From: a virus | Lineage: Duplodnaviria; Caudoviricetes | Length of the DNA stretch: 41,685 nt | IMG/VR virus record: IMGVR_UViG_3300025875_000053 | Location: 1-41,685 of that record | Direction: 5' to 3' (one strand) | In this document: positions 8,120-16,990 of the stretch, piece by piece | Layout: every line of letters starts with the position of its first letter | How positions within the stretch are numbered: the first letter of the stretch is position 1 | Program-made: the position numbers and the translations under genes | The notes under the pieces: model-generated | Database searches by the model: none | The model's input: only the letters and a program-made list of their open reading frames with translations | What the model was told of the DNA's origin: nothing

Positions 8120-8316
8120 TGCTTCTTCGCCTCCTTGACGTTCTGTCGGTTGGTCTCGTCCGCGCTCATGATGCAAAGTCCGATCCACATCACGACGCAG
8201 GCGAGCCCGGCGCTCGTGATGAACCAAACCTCCGTGACGAAACCGATGGTTCCGAGAACGGCGGAGAGGATTCCCACGATCATCCGGGCTCGTTCGATGC
8301 GCTGCTTCTTCGTCAT
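8116..8316 (-). CDS. Small two-TM membrane protein, leaderless
   Basis: Two hydrophobic helices; ATG 6 nt after TAAGCT. Confidence 0.75.
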   Translation of the reverse strand: MTKKQRIERARMIVGILSAVLGTIGFVTEVWFITSAGLACVVMWIGLCIMSADETNRQNVKEAKKQ

Positions 8317-8321
8317 GCATG

Positions 8322-8343
8322 AAGCTTACCACGAACTTAGTAA
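8322..8343 (-). promoter_or_regulatory. Repeated operator plus extended -10
   Basis: Exact copy of the 22-mer at 989 and 7172. Confidence 0.8.
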
Positions 8344-8901
8344 CTACGTCGAGAGGGATCCTGCTTCTGTCTTGCCATCAAAGATCAGGCTCCACACGAG
8401 TTCGATCGCGTTGTGAACGAGCACGGCGAGCGCGACGACGAGGATCGCGAGCGGAGGCAGGATGGAGAGCAGGAACGCGACCGTACCGAGCATCACCTTC
8501 GGGAACGTCCGGAGCCATCCCGGCCGGCGCTTCTTCGAGAAGAGCGCCGCCCATCGAACGCCGGTCCACATGAGGAGCCGCCGGTACGCCGGGACGCGGA
8601 GTTCGCGCAGCGCGCGGAGGAACAGTCCGTCCGCGTCCACGCTCGACACGCGGCCGGCTTCGAGGCAGTGAGTGAGCAGGAAATCGTGGAGGATCGCTGC
8701 CTTCGTGAAGGAACCGAAGCGCGGGATCAGCCATACGGCGACGCGGGGAACCGTGGCGAAGTCCGTCACGTAATCCTTCGGGACGATGAACTCGTCCACG
8801 TCTCCGACGTACCGAACCTCCTCTTCGAGGCGGAACAGGGTCGGAGAGATCGGCTCCACGAGCACGCGTCCGCCGCGTGTGTTCTTCGGTGCGAACGGCA
8901 A
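8344..8901 (-). CDS. DUF1353-like protein with C-terminal TM segments
   Basis: VPKDYVTDFATVP, AAILHDFL, ADGLF, LMWTGVR motifs; TTG start after GAAGGGAG (alternative start 8916). Confidence 0.8.
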   Translation of the reverse strand: MPFAPKNTRGGRVLVEPISPTLFRLEEEVRYVGDVDEFIVPKDYVTDFATVPRVAVWLIPRFGSFTKAAILHDFLLTHCLEAGRVSSVDADGLFLRALRELRVPAYRRLLMWTGVRWAALFSKKRRPGWLRTFPKVMLGTVAFLLSILPPLAILVVALAVLVHNAIELVWSLIFDGKTEAGSLST

Positions 8902-8969
8902 GAGAACTCCCTTCAACGGCGAGAGCCGCGTCCCCGATCGGTGGACGCGGCTCCTCGCTTGCGGATGGA

Positions 8970-9326
8970 TCAGGCTTCGACGGTCTCCGAGACGGTCTCG
9001 TCGCCGGCCGTCTCGCCGGTCTCGACGGTCTCGGCGGAGTCGCCGGCCGGGTTCTGCTCCTTGCGCTCCCGCGCGATCTTCTTCTTCACGACGACGGCGA
9101 CCGTCTCGGCGTCACCCTGCACGGAGACGACGGTCCGCTTCTCGTCCTCGGTGCCGATCGCCTCCACCTCCACGATCCGGGCGGAGAAGTCGCCGGCCGC
9201 GTCCTTGATCGCGGCGAGCGCGCTCTTCGAGGCGAAGTTCATCACGGCGAAGTCACCGTAGGCGAAGGCGACGTACTCGTCCGACTCGACGGCGGAAACG
9301 GTGACGAGGTACTTGGAGTTCGACAT
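8970..9326 (-). CDS. Hypothetical protein, 118 aa
   Basis: RBS GAGGAGG; MSNSKYLVTV... Confidence 0.75.
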   Translation of the reverse strand: MSNSKYLVTVSAVESDEYVAFAYGDFAVMNFASKSALAAIKDAAGDFSARIVEVEAIGTEDEKRTVVSVQGDAETVAVVVKKKIARERKEQNPAGDSAETVETGETAGDETVSETVEA

Positions 9327-9423
9327 TCTGTGTGCCTCCTCAGGCATCGGCGTTACGTTCATCGTAACACTCATAAGGCGGACCGGAAACCGGGGTACCC
9401 GGTCCGCCGTGATGAATGTTCGA

Positions 9424-10083
9424 TCAGTTGATGCGGAAGCCTTCGGCGCGAGCGGTAGTCCACCACGCGCGAGCCTTCGCCATCGCCTCCGGCGACTCAT
9501 CGAGCAACTCGAAGTGCCACTTCGCCTTCGGCCGGTCCCCGGCCTTGTCGATGTCCTGCTTCGCCTTCTCCTTCCACGCCGCGAGTTCCGCCGTGAAAGC
9601 GTCGAAGGTCTTCCCCTTCCGCATGTCTGCGGCGGAGTAGCCGGCCCGGATGCGGCCGACACCGAAGGGACGCGGGCTCGCGGAGAGCTTGTTCAGGCTC
9701 CCGATGATGTTCGCCCAACTCACCTTGAAGTTCGGGACGAGGAACGGGAAGTCCTCGATCGTCATGATCTTGTCCTCGAACTCGTCCTCCGTCCCCTGCT
9801 TCTTGGAACGGTACTCGTATTCGAGTTTGCCTCCGTCGAGGATGACGAGATCGATCGTCCACTCCTCGCGGAACTCCGGGAGGTTGTACTCCCGGCGGAG
9901 GTACTCGGAGACCTTCGCCTCCTTGTCGAAGGAGCGCGGAACGAGGATGATCGTCCGGCCTTCGAGCGCGTCGATCGGCGGACGCGGAACGAACACGCCG
10001 CTCGACTTGATGTCTTCCTTCGTCGCGAAGGGATCGTTCTCGTCCACGTTCACGGCGAACGGATCGTCCATGACATCACTCAC
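9424..10083 (-). CDS. Hypothetical protein, 219 aa, possibly ssDNA-binding or recombination accessory
   Basis: Lies downstream of the exonuclease; function inferred only from position. Confidence 0.7.
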   Translation of the reverse strand: MSDVMDDPFAVNVDENDPFATKEDIKSSGVFVPRPPIDALEGRTIILVPRSFDKEAKVSEYLRREYNLPEFREEWTIDLVILDGGKLEYEYRSKKQGTEDEFEDKIMTIEDFPFLVPNFKVSWANIIGSLNKLSASPRPFGVGRIRAGYSAADMRKGKTFDAFTAELAAWKEKAKQDIDKAGDRPKAKWHFELLDESPEAMAKARAWWTTARAEGFRIN

Positions 10084-10189
10084 TGTGTTACCCCTTTACT
10101 GAGTTGCAAGGTCTGTCCCTGCGTGCCCGGCGGCGCTACTTCGATGCTGTCCCGCCGGGACCGTCCGTCTTTCCGGACCGTCATGGAGT

Positions 10190-10351
10190 CTAGCGCGAGT
10201 TGCTCTGTCCGCGTCCCGTGTTGCCGCTCGTGGTGGCGGCGCTGCCGTTGCCCGTGTTCGAGGAACCCTGCGACGCCTGCGAGTTCTCGGAGTTCATCCG
10301 GTCCCACTCCTGCTGGTCGGCGCGAGTCCAACGGTTTCCGCTGCCTGCCAT
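10190..10351 (-). CDS. Small S/G/N/Q-rich peptide, 53 aa (not in ORF track)
   Basis: MAGSGNRWTRADQQEWDRMNSENSQ...; purine-rich RBS; first ORF after promoter 10402-10430. Confidence 0.55.
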   Translation of the reverse strand: MAGSGNRWTRADQQEWDRMNSENSQASQGSSNTGNGSAATTSGNTGRGQSNSR

Positions 10352-10401
10352 CCTGTTTCCTTCCCTCCCGGCTCCGGCTTCCCCGTTGCCTTCTGAGTAA
10401 A

Positions 10402-10430
10402 ACTCTAGTCGGTTCTTAGTGAGTCCGCAA
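10402..10430 (-). promoter_or_regulatory. Promoter with operator half-site
   Basis: TTGCGG-N17-TAGAGT with ACTAAGAAC in the spacer. Confidence 0.6.
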
Positions 10431-10433
10431 CCC

Positions 10434-11534
10434 TCAAACCGGAGAAGTTTCGAGGCGCTTCTTCGCGGCGAGCGCCTCCTCCGCGAGGATCACGTTCCAC
10501 ACGCCGGCCTTCTTGCATTCCGCCACGAGCGCGGAGCCTTCGGCCGGCGTGGAGACGGCAGCGAAGCGCGCGGCGTACTGCTCCGTCGCCGTGACTGCCG
10601 GAGCCTCACGGAGCCACGCACGCGGGTTCTTCGCCTGCTTCCCTCCGCGCCTGTCGAGGACGATCTCACGCGCGAGTTCAGCGGTACGGAGACCGGCCTT
10701 GATGTCCACCTCGTACACGTCCACGGCCGGCGTACCGGAGGGATGCTCGCGCGGCATCCAAAGGACGAAGGCGATATCGAGACTCACCTTCGGCATGTCC
10801 ACCCAACGGCCGGCGCGCGCGTTGATCGGATCGTTCGCGGACTCCCACATAGCTTCCGCGTTCGCGTAGCAGGCGAGTTGCGCTGCGATTTCGAGCCACG
10901 TCCAAAACTTCTTCTGCGTCTTCAAGTCTCCGATGTGGAGACCGCGCGTCCGCAGATCCACGAGCACGGCATCGAGCGTTCCCACGGCATCGAAGCGCGG
11001 GATGACGACGCGCCTTTCCGCGAGACCGGGCACGCGTTCGAGTTCGTTCCGCGCGAGACTCGCCTTGAACAAGGACAAGTGCTGCCGCGCGAACGCGTCC
11101 GGCATGGCGGCCGGCGTGGAGAGGTGATCCGCCTCCACGAGTTCATGCCGCGCGTTGCCGAACTTCGAGCCTTCGTTCCCGCCGGAGAGATCCTTACAGC
11201 GGTTCACGAACTCTTCGATCTCCGCGCGCCGAACGGAGTAGTCCTTCCCCTGAACCGCGACGAGAGTCATCCGCAGATCCCGGAGCACACGATCCGCGTC
11301 CACGTGAACCGCGATCATGATTTGTTCGATCTCCCACACGCGCAAGGAGAACTGATCCGTGATCGCCTTGACGAGGTTCGTGACTCGCTGCCATCCTCCC
11401 GTCTTGTGCGAGCCGTCGAGATTCGGCAGGCGGTACCGGCCGACACTGATGATCCGTTTCCGCTTCGCCATCAAGGCGACTCCCGCGAGATCATCCCCGG
11501 TTGCGAACGGATCGTTCATCAGTCCTGCGCTCAT
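10434..11534 (-). CDS. PD-(D/E)XK exonuclease (RecB/Cas4-like)
   Basis: GNARHELVE, VGTLDAV, IGDLKT, QLACYA motifs. Confidence 0.85.
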   Translation of the reverse strand: MSAGLMNDPFATGDDLAGVALMAKRKRIISVGRYRLPNLDGSHKTGGWQRVTNLVKAITDQFSLRVWEIEQIMIAVHVDADRVLRDLRMTLVAVQGKDYSVRRAEIEEFVNRCKDLSGGNEGSKFGNARHELVEADHLSTPAAMPDAFARQHLSLFKASLARNELERVPGLAERRVVIPRFDAVGTLDAVLVDLRTRGLHIGDLKTQKKFWTWLEIAAQLACYANAEAMWESANDPINARAGRWVDMPKVSLDIAFVLWMPREHPSGTPAVDVYEVDIKAGLRTAELAREIVLDRRGGKQAKNPRAWLREAPAVTATEQYAARFAAVSTPAEGSALVAECKKAGVWNVILAEEALAAKKRLETSPV

Positions 11535-13291
11535 CGCTTCACCTTCCTCACGAGCGGATCGATCCGCTCCGTTGCCTCTACCTTACCGATCCGGTCTGAC
11601 ACTTTTCCCGCGTCTCCGTCCACGTCCACGCGGAGCGAGCGCGCCTTATTGACCAACTTCGGGGAGGGTGCCTTCCTCCGCCACGAAGCGCGCTTGTTCG
11701 AGAGATCGAGCCCGGTATCCGCGCCGAGATCGATCGCGAGGTTCTCCGCCTCATCGAGCGCTTCATCGAGCGTGTGTGGACGCGTCGAGTGGAGCGCTAC
11801 CGCCTTCGGCTTACAGCCATCACAGAGACGATCGCGGCGGACGGGATGAGACTCGTTCGTGTGGACTCCGAGAGAGCAGACGAAGAACGACGCGGAGGGA
11901 TGCTTCGTCGCCCAAAACACGGAGTACGATCCCGGCTTCGGGTACTCCATGAGGAAGACGTACGCGTCCGGTCCGGCCGGGATCACGTGATTGCCGGCCG
12001 ACGTCGTGAGCCACACCTTCGAGCGCGACGCGCGGCCGATCGGATCGAACTCCTTCGCGATCGTCTCGCCACGGTAGAACGCGGGTTCGTCCTCCTCTAC
12101 GCCTTCGCCTGCGTCAAACTCCTCTTCGAGTTCCGCGAGCGTCTTCCCGCTCCGGACCTTCTCGGGATCGAGATCCTTCTCCGAGAGATCCGCCATGCTC
12201 CGGAGATCGTGGATCCCGTTCGCTCCCACGACGTCAAGGAGTAGACAGTCCTGCTCCTCGTGCGGCCGCGACTTGTCCACGCGGAGTCCACGGCCGACGA
12301 TCTGAACGTAGAGCCGCTTCGACTTCGTGGGACGTCCGATGAGGATCGCGTCCACTTCGGGATCGTCGTACCCGACAGTGAGGATCATGCAATTCACGAC
12401 GACGGTTCCGCGCTTGTGGCGCGCGAGGATCGCGTCCCGTTCCGCCTGCGGCAATCCGCCGTGGATCACCTCCGCCGGGATGCCGGCCGCTTCGATGGCG
12501 GCAGCGAAGACGTACGAGGATGCGACCGTGGGGAAGAACGCGAGCGTCTTCCGATCGGAGCAGTGTTCCACGATCGCCTGCGCGACGAGTTCCGGCGCGA
12601 GCGAGTCCGCGAGCGCTTCGCCTAGTTCCCCGTCGCGGTAGTCCGCCTTCGTTGCCTTGACGCTCGCGAGGTTCAAGTCCGGAACCGTGATCGCGATCCC
12701 GCGCGGAGGGATGAGGAACTTCCGCGCGATCATCCATGTCAAAGGCAGGGAGTACGTGATCTCCTGCCACACGTTCGCGATCTTCCCGTCCGACCGGTAC
12801 GGAGTCGCGGTGACTCCTACGGCCTTCGCGGCGAACTCTCCGTCCGCTCGCGGGACAAAGCATCCGAAGTAATCGAGGATCTTCATGTACGACGGAGCCG
12901 CCGCAAGATCGCACTCGTCCACGATGACGCGGCAGACGTCCCGCATTTGCGCGAGCCGCTTCGGGTTCTTCAACGTCATCACGGAAGCCACGACGACATC
13001 GGCCGTCGTCTCGTTGTACCGCGACCCCTTCACGACTCCGATGACGAGATCCGGCGCGATCGCGCGCAGCGCCTTGACGGTCTGCCACGCGAGTTCGTCC
13101 GTGTGGACGAGGATCACGACGCGCTTGTCCGGGTACCGCAGAAGGAGCCGGCGCGACATTTCCGAGAACGTGATCGTCTTCCCGGATCCCGTGGGAAGGA
13201 CGATCATCGCGCGGAGGTTGAAGGGATCCGCGTCGAGCCACGTCTCCGTGCGCTCGATCGCGGTCTCCTGATACGGATAGAGGGTAACCAT
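11531..13291 (-). CDS. SF2 DEAD/DEAH-like helicase
   Basis: LYPYQ, PTGSGKT, IVDEC, TATP, QIVGRGLR. Confidence 0.92.
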   Translation of the reverse strand: MVTLYPYQETAIERTETWLDADPFNLRAMIVLPTGSGKTITFSEMSRRLLLRYPDKRVVILVHTDELAWQTVKALRAIAPDLVIGVVKGSRYNETTADVVVASVMTLKNPKRLAQMRDVCRVIVDECDLAAAPSYMKILDYFGCFVPRADGEFAAKAVGVTATPYRSDGKIANVWQEITYSLPLTWMIARKFLIPPRGIAITVPDLNLASVKATKADYRDGELGEALADSLAPELVAQAIVEHCSDRKTLAFFPTVASSYVFAAAIEAAGIPAEVIHGGLPQAERDAILARHKRGTVVVNCMILTVGYDDPEVDAILIGRPTKSKRLYVQIVGRGLRVDKSRPHEEQDCLLLDVVGANGIHDLRSMADLSEKDLDPEKVRSGKTLAELEEEFDAGEGVEEDEPAFYRGETIAKEFDPIGRASRSKVWLTTSAGNHVIPAGPDAYVFLMEYPKPGSYSVFWATKHPSASFFVCSLGVHTNESHPVRRDRLCDGCKPKAVALHSTRPHTLDEALDEAENLAIDLGADTGLDLSNKRASWRRKAPSPKLVNKARSLRVDVDGDAGKVSDRIGKVEATERIDPLVRKVKR

Positions 13292-13761
13292 CACTCGTCC
13301 CACGGCGGCTTGTCTTCGAGGATCTCCACGCCTCCGAAGAGATCGGAGAGCGCCTCGATCGCGTCATCGAGTTCGGACGTGTGCGTACCGCGACGGACCT
13401 TCACCTCTCCCTTCGGCTCGCGCGGGAACGGGCCAGAGACGGGAGACATCGAGTCCTTCCGCATCGAGACATGCTGCTTCTCCCCGATGCGCTCCGTACC
13501 CATCACTTCCCACCACTCGCCGTTCGGGACGCGAACGAACCATCCCGCCGGGATGAGATCCCACGGCCGCGTGAGCACGAACCCGTGGGGAGCGTTCGGC
13601 CGCCGCGCCGCCGGGAGGAGCGCTTCGAGCGCGTCCACGGCAGCGGACAGCGCGACGACGCTCTCCGGCTCCGGCTCTTCGCCGGTACGCTTCGTGTCTG
13701 CGCGCCACTTCCGGGCAGTCTCGATGACTGCCCGGAGCGCGCTCGCCTGATCGAAGGTCAC
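13291..13761 (-). CDS. Hypothetical protein, 156 aa
   Basis: Translationally coupled on both sides. Confidence 0.75.
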   Translation of the reverse strand: MTFDQASALRAVIETARKWRADTKRTGEEPEPESVVALSAAVDALEALLPAARRPNAPHGFVLTRPWDLIPAGWFVRVPNGEWWEVMGTERIGEKQHVSMRKDSMSPVSGPFPREPKGEVKVRRGTHTSELDDAIEALSDLFGGVEILEDKPPWDE

Positions 13762-13943
13762 TCGTCATCCTCGTTTCGCATGAACGACGGGAGTTCCCCG
13801 TCCGTCTCCGACAGAATGCAGATCGAGCACTTCCCGCCGATGAGCGTCTCCTTCCCCGGCGTACGCTTTCCGCCGAAGTCGTAGCAGTACCAACGGCTCA
13901 TGCCGGCGAACGCGTTCACGCAGAGAGTCTTGATCTCGTCCAT
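13758..13943 (-). CDS. Small Cys-containing protein, 61 aa
   Basis: RBS GGAAGGA; first gene after the leftward promoter. Confidence 0.65.
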   Translation of the reverse strand: MDEIKTLCVNAFAGMSRWYCYDFGGKRTPGKETLIGGKCSICILSETDGELPSFMRNEDDE

Positions 13944-13989
13944 CGGGTGAGTCCTTCCGTCCTGCCGGTACCGTCCGGCTCTGAGTAAG

Positions 13990-14070
13990 ACTCTACCACG
14001 AACTTAGTAAGTCGCGCTACCCGACATGATCGCTTGCCTCCGGGCTCCCCGTAGAGTATCTTCTTAGTAA
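13990..14070. promoter_or_regulatory. Divergent promoter/operator switch region
   Basis: Leftward TTACTAAGTTCGTGGTAGAGT (14010-13990); rightward TTGCCT-N17-TATCTT followed by CTTAGTAA (14063-14070). Confidence 0.7.
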
Positions 14071-14106
14071 GTGTCCGATGTGCGGACGCAGGAGAAAGGG
14101 TGGATC

Positions 14107-14331
14107 ATGGCAACCGCGACCGTCACGGACGATCTGACCACGGGTAAGAAGGACAAGCGCCTCGAAGCCGCGATCACGGCCGGGCTCGATGCGGAGATCA
14201 CGAAGCGCGCCGTCGAGTTGGCCGGCGGCAGGGATCCGAAGATGTTCCGGTCCGCTGCCGCTCGTGACATGCTCGTGCGCGCCGCGATCATCCTCCGCAA
14301 GGAGCGCGCCGCCGCGAGCCGGCAGGCGTAG
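14107..14331 (+). CDS. Ribbon-helix-helix DNA-binding protein (CopG/Arc-like), candidate repressor
   Basis: KRLEAAIT strand, LDAEITKRA helix, RSAAARDML helix; RBS GAAAGGG; alternative GTG at 14071. Confidence 0.6.
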   Translation: MATATVTDDLTTGKKDKRLEAAITAGLDAEITKRAVELAGGRDPKMFRSAAARDMLVRAAIILRKERAAASRQA

Positions 14332-14354
14332 GATCAAGGTCCCTGAAACGGCAA

Positions 14355-14382
14355 ACGGTCCGGCGCGCTACCGCCGGACCGT
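14355..14382 (+). terminator. Stem-loop between the RHH gene and primase
   Basis: 11-bp inverted repeat ACGGTCCGGCG/CGCCGGACCGT. Confidence 0.5.
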
Positions 14383-14403
14383 CATCACCACTAAGGACGC
14401 TAT

Positions 14404-16827
14404 ATGACGCAGACTAACACGGGAGCGGATCGTTACGCACCTAATCTGCCCGGAGAGGATCTGCCGCTCGTGGCAGAGCATCGCCGCGAACTCTTCCGGG
14501 ACAGCGCGATCGATCCGGAGGTTGCGCGCGAGCGCGGGTATATGAGCATCGGCCGCCCGGATCAGGAGACGAACTTCGGCGTGAAGCTGAACGGCCGATG
14601 GTTCGGCGGAGCCGGCGTATCGAGCCGCGACTTCCTCTCTCGTCTCGGGTTCCCGTCGTGGGCGATCCGCGAGAACTACTTCTACACGGGACTTTGGTTG
14701 CCGGCCTACTCCCCGCGCGGACAGATGTACGCCGGGCAGTGGAAGCCACGCAACGCCGTTCCGAACCGCGAAGGCAAGAAGATGAAGTACGCCTCCGCGA
14801 AGGGGAACGCGGTCCGGCTCGACGTGCATCCCCGATGGACGAAGGATCGCGGAGCAGACGATCCGGCTCTCCTGCCGTGGATCAATACCGTCGAGCGGCG
14901 GCTTTGGATCACGGAAGGCGTGAAGAAGGCGGACTCGCTCACCTCGCGCGATGAGGTGACGATCGCGCTCTCCGGCGTCTTCAACTGGCGCAACACGCAC
15001 GGAACGTTGGGCGATTGGGAAGACGTCACCCTTCGCGGCCGTGAGATCGTGATCTGTTTCGACGCGGACACGAACTCGAAGACACAAGTCGCGCAAGCTA
15101 TGGCGCGTCTCGGGAAGTGGCTTGTCCACAAGGGAGCGAAGAAGGTTCACTACTGCGTGGTTCCCTCCGAAGTCACGGCTCCGGACGGGACGATCTCAGG
15201 CGTGAAAGGGGTCGATGACTACTTCGCTGCCGGCGGCAGCGTGAAGGGTCTCGAACGCGTCTTCGCCACGAAGCCGCCACGCGTGGCAGATACAGAGGAC
15301 AAGTTCACGGACGCGCGTCTCGCGGAGACGCTCGCCGTGGAAGTGTTGGACGGCATGTTCTGTTGGGCGGCCGGTCTCGATTGGCTCGCGTACGACGGCC
15401 GGAGGTGGGAAGAGGTACATGAAGTCACCGTTCTCGAAGCCGTCCGGCAGTGGAGCGTGGATCACTTCGCGGCGGCAGCGGACCGTTTGAAGAACAAGGA
15501 CGACGCGACGGCCGCCGCAGACGTGGACGGGTGGCGCGGGATGCTCTCGAAGAACCGCGCGTCCTCCGTGCTCTCGATGGCTCGCGGCATCGTGGAGCGG
15601 AAGGCGGCCGACTTCGACGCGGATCCGGATCTCCTGAACATGCCCTCCGGCGTCTTCAACTTCACCACGGGAGAGGTGATGCCTCACTCGTCGGAGTTCC
15701 TCCACACGAAGATCACGAGCGGTTCGTACCGTCCCGGCTTCACGCATCCCGATTGGGATCGCGCGCTCGAAGTGCTGCCGGCCGACGTGATGGAGTGGTT
15801 CCGCGTTCGCGTCGGACAAGCCATCACGGGACACACGACTCCGGACGGCATCGTTCCGATCATGAAGGGAGGCGGAGAGAACGGGAAGGGTCTGCTCATG
15901 ACGGACGGCATCCTCCCGGCCTTCGGGGACTACGCCTCCCCGGCGTCTCCGAAGTTGTTCGCCTCCGCGAAGAACGAACACAGCACGGAGCGCGCGGAGT
16001 TGCGCGGGCAGCGCCTCGTGATCGCAGAGGAGTTGACGGAGGGACGCTCGATCGACGTAACGTCCTTGAAGCAGATCGCGGACGTTGGCCGGATCAAGGC
16101 GCGGCGCACGCACAAGGACAACATGGAGTTCGAGTCGAGTCACTCGATCTTCGCTACGACGAACTACACGCCGGTAATCGCGGAGACAGATCACGGCACG
16201 TGGCGACGGCTCGCGCTCGTTGTGTTCCCGTTCACGTTCGTCAAGCCGGGACAGCCGATCACGGATCCGGAGAACGAGCGGCGCGGCGATCCGACGTTGA
16301 AGGCGCGCATCAAGGCCGGACGCGGCGGACAGCATGACGCGGCCGTGACATGGGCGATCGAAGGCGCGCTCGCGTGGTATCGGAACATGGAAGCGATCGA
16401 AGCCGCCGTAGAAGCCGGAGAGGAGGCAACAGAGTCCGTCCTCCTGCCTCCCGCGCGCGTCGCGGAGGACACGCTCGCGTGGCGCAAGTCTGCGGATCGG
16501 ATCCTCGGGTTTTGGGAGGAGTGTCTCGTCCCGGACGCGAACGCTATCGTCATGGCTTCCGAACTCACGGACCGCTTCAACGAGTGGCTCGAAGGCGCGG
16601 GACATCACGCGTGGCCGAAGGAGACGTTCGGACCGCGCTTCAAGGATCACGCCGCGACGAAGCAGCACAAGGCACGGTTCGCCGGCCGTAAGCGCCTAGG
16701 GGACGCTGCCGCCTTCGTGGTACGCCGGCCGCAGGCGCACGCGTTCCCCGGCACGGAGAAGCCGATTCCGAAGCAGGTGGACGTGTGGTTCGGCTTCCGG
16801 TACCGCACAGACGCGGATGATGCTTGA
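14404..16827 (+). CDS. Primase-helicase (DUF3854 Toprim plus P4/D5-type SF3 helicase)
   Basis: WITEGVKKAD, ICFDAD, KGVDDY; GGGENGKG, LVIAEE, ATTNYTP, TWRRL. Confidence 0.92.
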   Translation: MTQTNTGADRYAPNLPGEDLPLVAEHRRELFRDSAIDPEVARERGYMSIGRPDQETNFGVKLNGRWFGGAGVSSRDFLSRLGFPSWAIRENYFYTGLWLPAYSPRGQMYAGQWKPRNAVPNREGKKMKYASAKGNAVRLDVHPRWTKDRGADDPALLPWINTVERRLWITEGVKKADSLTSRDEVTIALSGVFNWRNTHGTLGDWEDVTLRGREIVICFDADTNSKTQVAQAMARLGKWLVHKGAKKVHYCVVPSEVTAPDGTISGVKGVDDYFAAGGSVKGLERVFATKPPRVADTEDKFTDARLAETLAVEVLDGMFCWAAGLDWLAYDGRRWEEVHEVTVLEAVRQWSVDHFAAAADRLKNKDDATAAADVDGWRGMLSKNRASSVLSMARGIVERKAADFDADPDLLNMPSGVFNFTTGEVMPHSSEFLHTKITSGSYRPGFTHPDWDRALEVLPADVMEWFRVRVGQAITGHTTPDGIVPIMKGGGENGKGLLMTDGILPAFGDYASPASPKLFASAKNEHSTERAELRGQRLVIAEELTEGRSIDVTSLKQIADVGRIKARRTHKDNMEFESSHSIFATTNYTPVIAETDHGTWRRLALVVFPFTFVKPGQPITDPENERRGDPTLKARIKAGRGGQHDAAVTWAIEGALAWYRNMEAIEAAVEAGEEATESVLLPPARVAEDTLAWRKSADRILGFWEECLVPDANAIVMASELTDRFNEWLEGAGHHAWPKETFGPRFKDHAATKQHKARFAGRKRLGDAAAFVVRRPQAHAFPGTEKPIPKQVDVWFGFRYRTDADDA

Positions 16828-16846
16828 CCAGCGAAAACGCGGGTTC

Positions 16847-16933
16847 GTGTGAGCTGTGTGAGTAGCCTCAGGAAATCTCCTATACGTGTAGTGATTCTGA
16901 GAGTTTTCCTAGGGGTACTCACACAGCTCACAC
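16847..16933. repeat. 87-bp palindromic element 1 (putative origin)
   Basis: 18-bp perfect terminal inverted repeats GTGTGAGCTGTGTGAGTA around an AT-richer core, 20 bp after the primase stop. Confidence 0.8.
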
Positions 16934-16949
16934 ACCCTCCGGAACCTCC

Positions 16950-16990
16950 CTAAGAACTTAGTAGACATCCCCCTCCGAAGTTGGTAAGCT
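16950..16990 (+). promoter_or_regulatory. Operator plus promoter
   Basis: CTAAGAACTTAGTA overlapping TAGACA-N17-TAAGCT with TGG extension. Confidence 0.75.

Noticed and set aside
10080-10184. Possible 34-aa ORF MTVRKDGRS...
   Set aside because: No clear RBS or motif; insufficient support
10434-11534. Cas4 as part of a CRISPR-Cas system
   Set aside because: No other cas genes or array; this is an ordinary phage PD-(D/E)XK exonuclease next to a helicase
989-14010. Repeated 18-22 bp motif as a CRISPR array or att core
   Set aside because: Copies are kilobases apart, always just upstream of genes and overlap -10 boxes; there is no spacer periodicity
16847-16933. Protelomerase target site
   Set aside because: No protelomerase-like ORF recognised and the palindrome centre is asymmetric
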